64,000 bases of DNA. Origin: Nageia nagi (lineage: Eukaryota > Plantae > Pinophyta). Position 1 is the stretch's first letter, and every line of letters starts with the position of its first letter. Below the pieces are notes generated by a model. It searched no databases. It was not told the DNA's origin and was given only the letters and a program-made list of their open reading frames with translations. Position numbers and translations under genes: made by a program. Shown in pieces: positions 62,720 through 64,000 of this stretch. The stretch lies in the NCBI GenBank assembly GCA_050084985.1, contig JBITNC010000001.1:142910001-142974000 (forward strand), read 5' to 3'.

Positions 62720-64000
62720 TCTAGGGCATCCTCAAGAACTACCCTCACCACCACCTTTACCATTAGAACTGCCAAAACCCTAAGTAGGATGTAATGTACC
62801 CATTAAAGTTGAAGGGCTCTCCTCTCAACCTACTCTCCTTAGCTATGAAGATCCTATGGATGTTGAGAAGACACTCCTACAATAGAACTCCATCTCCAAG
62901 ATAATGCAAGTCTAACATGTCTACCTTGAGTACTAGTTGTGCCCTATGATCCACTCGTTAAAGGTGTAGGAAGTGCACTAACATCCATTAGAATATATCC
63001 TCTTAAAGGAAGAGAATAGGGAACACTAGTAACAAACTCAAGAATACCTGCCAACCAAGTAGCCACAACACCCATATAATAGTCTCTCTACTAGCATAGA
63101 CCCTTGAAAAATGTTGAAGAATGGATCTCAAATCCTATAGAAGTGTTTATTCTAAAGAGAATAAACTATCACCCTAGCCTCATCCCTCTCCTACCTATAA
63201 CAGTCCCTCTCTACCCTATATCTATAATGAGCTAAGTTAGCCTGAGCTAACTAGAATCATAACTCATAAGTTTCTCCTAATAATGAATTAATACTAGGAA
63301 CCTAAGGAGGAGGAACCTCATGCTCTCTAGCATCACCCTCCTCACCTTGAGTGGCTCTCTCACCCTATCCTATCTCCTTAGGAATGTTAGCAATGACCTC
63401 TAGCTTAGCCTTCTCAGGAATGTTCACCATAGGCTCTACCTTAGCCTTCTTTGCTACATCTATATCAACCTCTACTCTCTATCATTTTTGATGCCCATGA
63501 TCATCCTCATCCACCTCCTCTAACTCCACATACTACTAGGCATCAAAAGCCTAAGTAACCCCAACATCATCCTTAGTAGAATCCTCCTCGATAACCTCCT
63601 CCTAAGTAAGGTTAGGCTCAACATACACTAAGGTTTGTAGACCCTCAAGTGGAAGGATGCCCTCTTATTGATATCTCATTAGCTTAGGAGGCACATATTG
63701 AACCAATCCAAACTACCATCTAACATGGTAAAATTGAAAGTACTCCTAAAACTCAATCCTCCTACCATTTAGGACCCTATCTTGATAAATACCTACAAGC
63801 TCCACCTTGAGCTCATCCCATATAGGGCACAAGTGGTATAGATTGAATTGAACATGATTAGGAACCATATGAGAGAGCATATCATTGTATAATCTCACAT
63901 CCCTATGAATACCATATGTCTAATGCAAGTAAAAATCACCTCTTCACCTCATGATGTTAGCTGGGTACTCAACATGGCTAGCAATATGCTTGTAATCCCA
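62720..64000 (-). pseudogene. PMD pseudogene no. 3 (C-terminal part), antisense to the Tat/Ogre element
   Basis: Minus strand: YPANIMR*R...LYNDMLSHMVPNHVQFNLY...EYFQFYHVRW*FGLVQYVPP resembles the PMD end E.Y.P.RV.RQFG..Q.VP; then an acidic, coiled-coil-like and Gly/Ser tail as in PMD no. 2. Confidence 0.7.

Larger units (their letters stand above)
47979..64000 (+). mobile_element. Large Ty3/gypsy Tat/Ogre-type retrotransposon extending beyond the window
   Basis: Starts TGTAGACACCCAAAAATGAC, interrupting an integrase; long leader with tandem repeats; gag-PR-RT-RH-aRH-INT; extra 3' ORFs. The 3' end of the 5' LTR was not resolved. Confidence 0.9.

Overview
AT-rich plant nuclear DNA, most like a large gymnosperm-type genome (inferred from the TE families and heavy CpG/CHG decay; the species cannot be identified). 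There is one intact host gene: an intronless RD receptor-like kinase of the LRR-X (PSKR/EMS1/BRI1) kinase group with only a ~37-aa ectodomain (28543-29823, -), in a ~7-kb island with no recognisable TE. The rest is decayed, nested transposons. These are a complete pol-less Ty3/gypsy element with gag plus an antisense plant-mobile-domain (PMD) gene (2519-10257), a LINE RT fragment, a complete gag+protease-only TR-GAG-like element (13490-18710, TSD CTCAG), a complete intron-containing hAT (18890-22687, TSD CATATTAT), and a nested stack from ~32.4 kb ending in a large Tat/Ogre-type gypsy (47979 to beyond the window; gag-PR-G-patch-RT-RH-aRH-INT). The most notable observation is downstream of that integrase: three tandem ~180-200-codon sense ORFs, each with the same F-box-like motif (h-x-x-L-P-x-[DE]-[ILV]-Q-x-x-[IL]) at residue ~50-60, followed by an antisense PMD gene. 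This is a candidate retrotransposon-borne host-manipulation/anti-silencing cassette. All domain calls are from motif recognition by eye; no searches were run.
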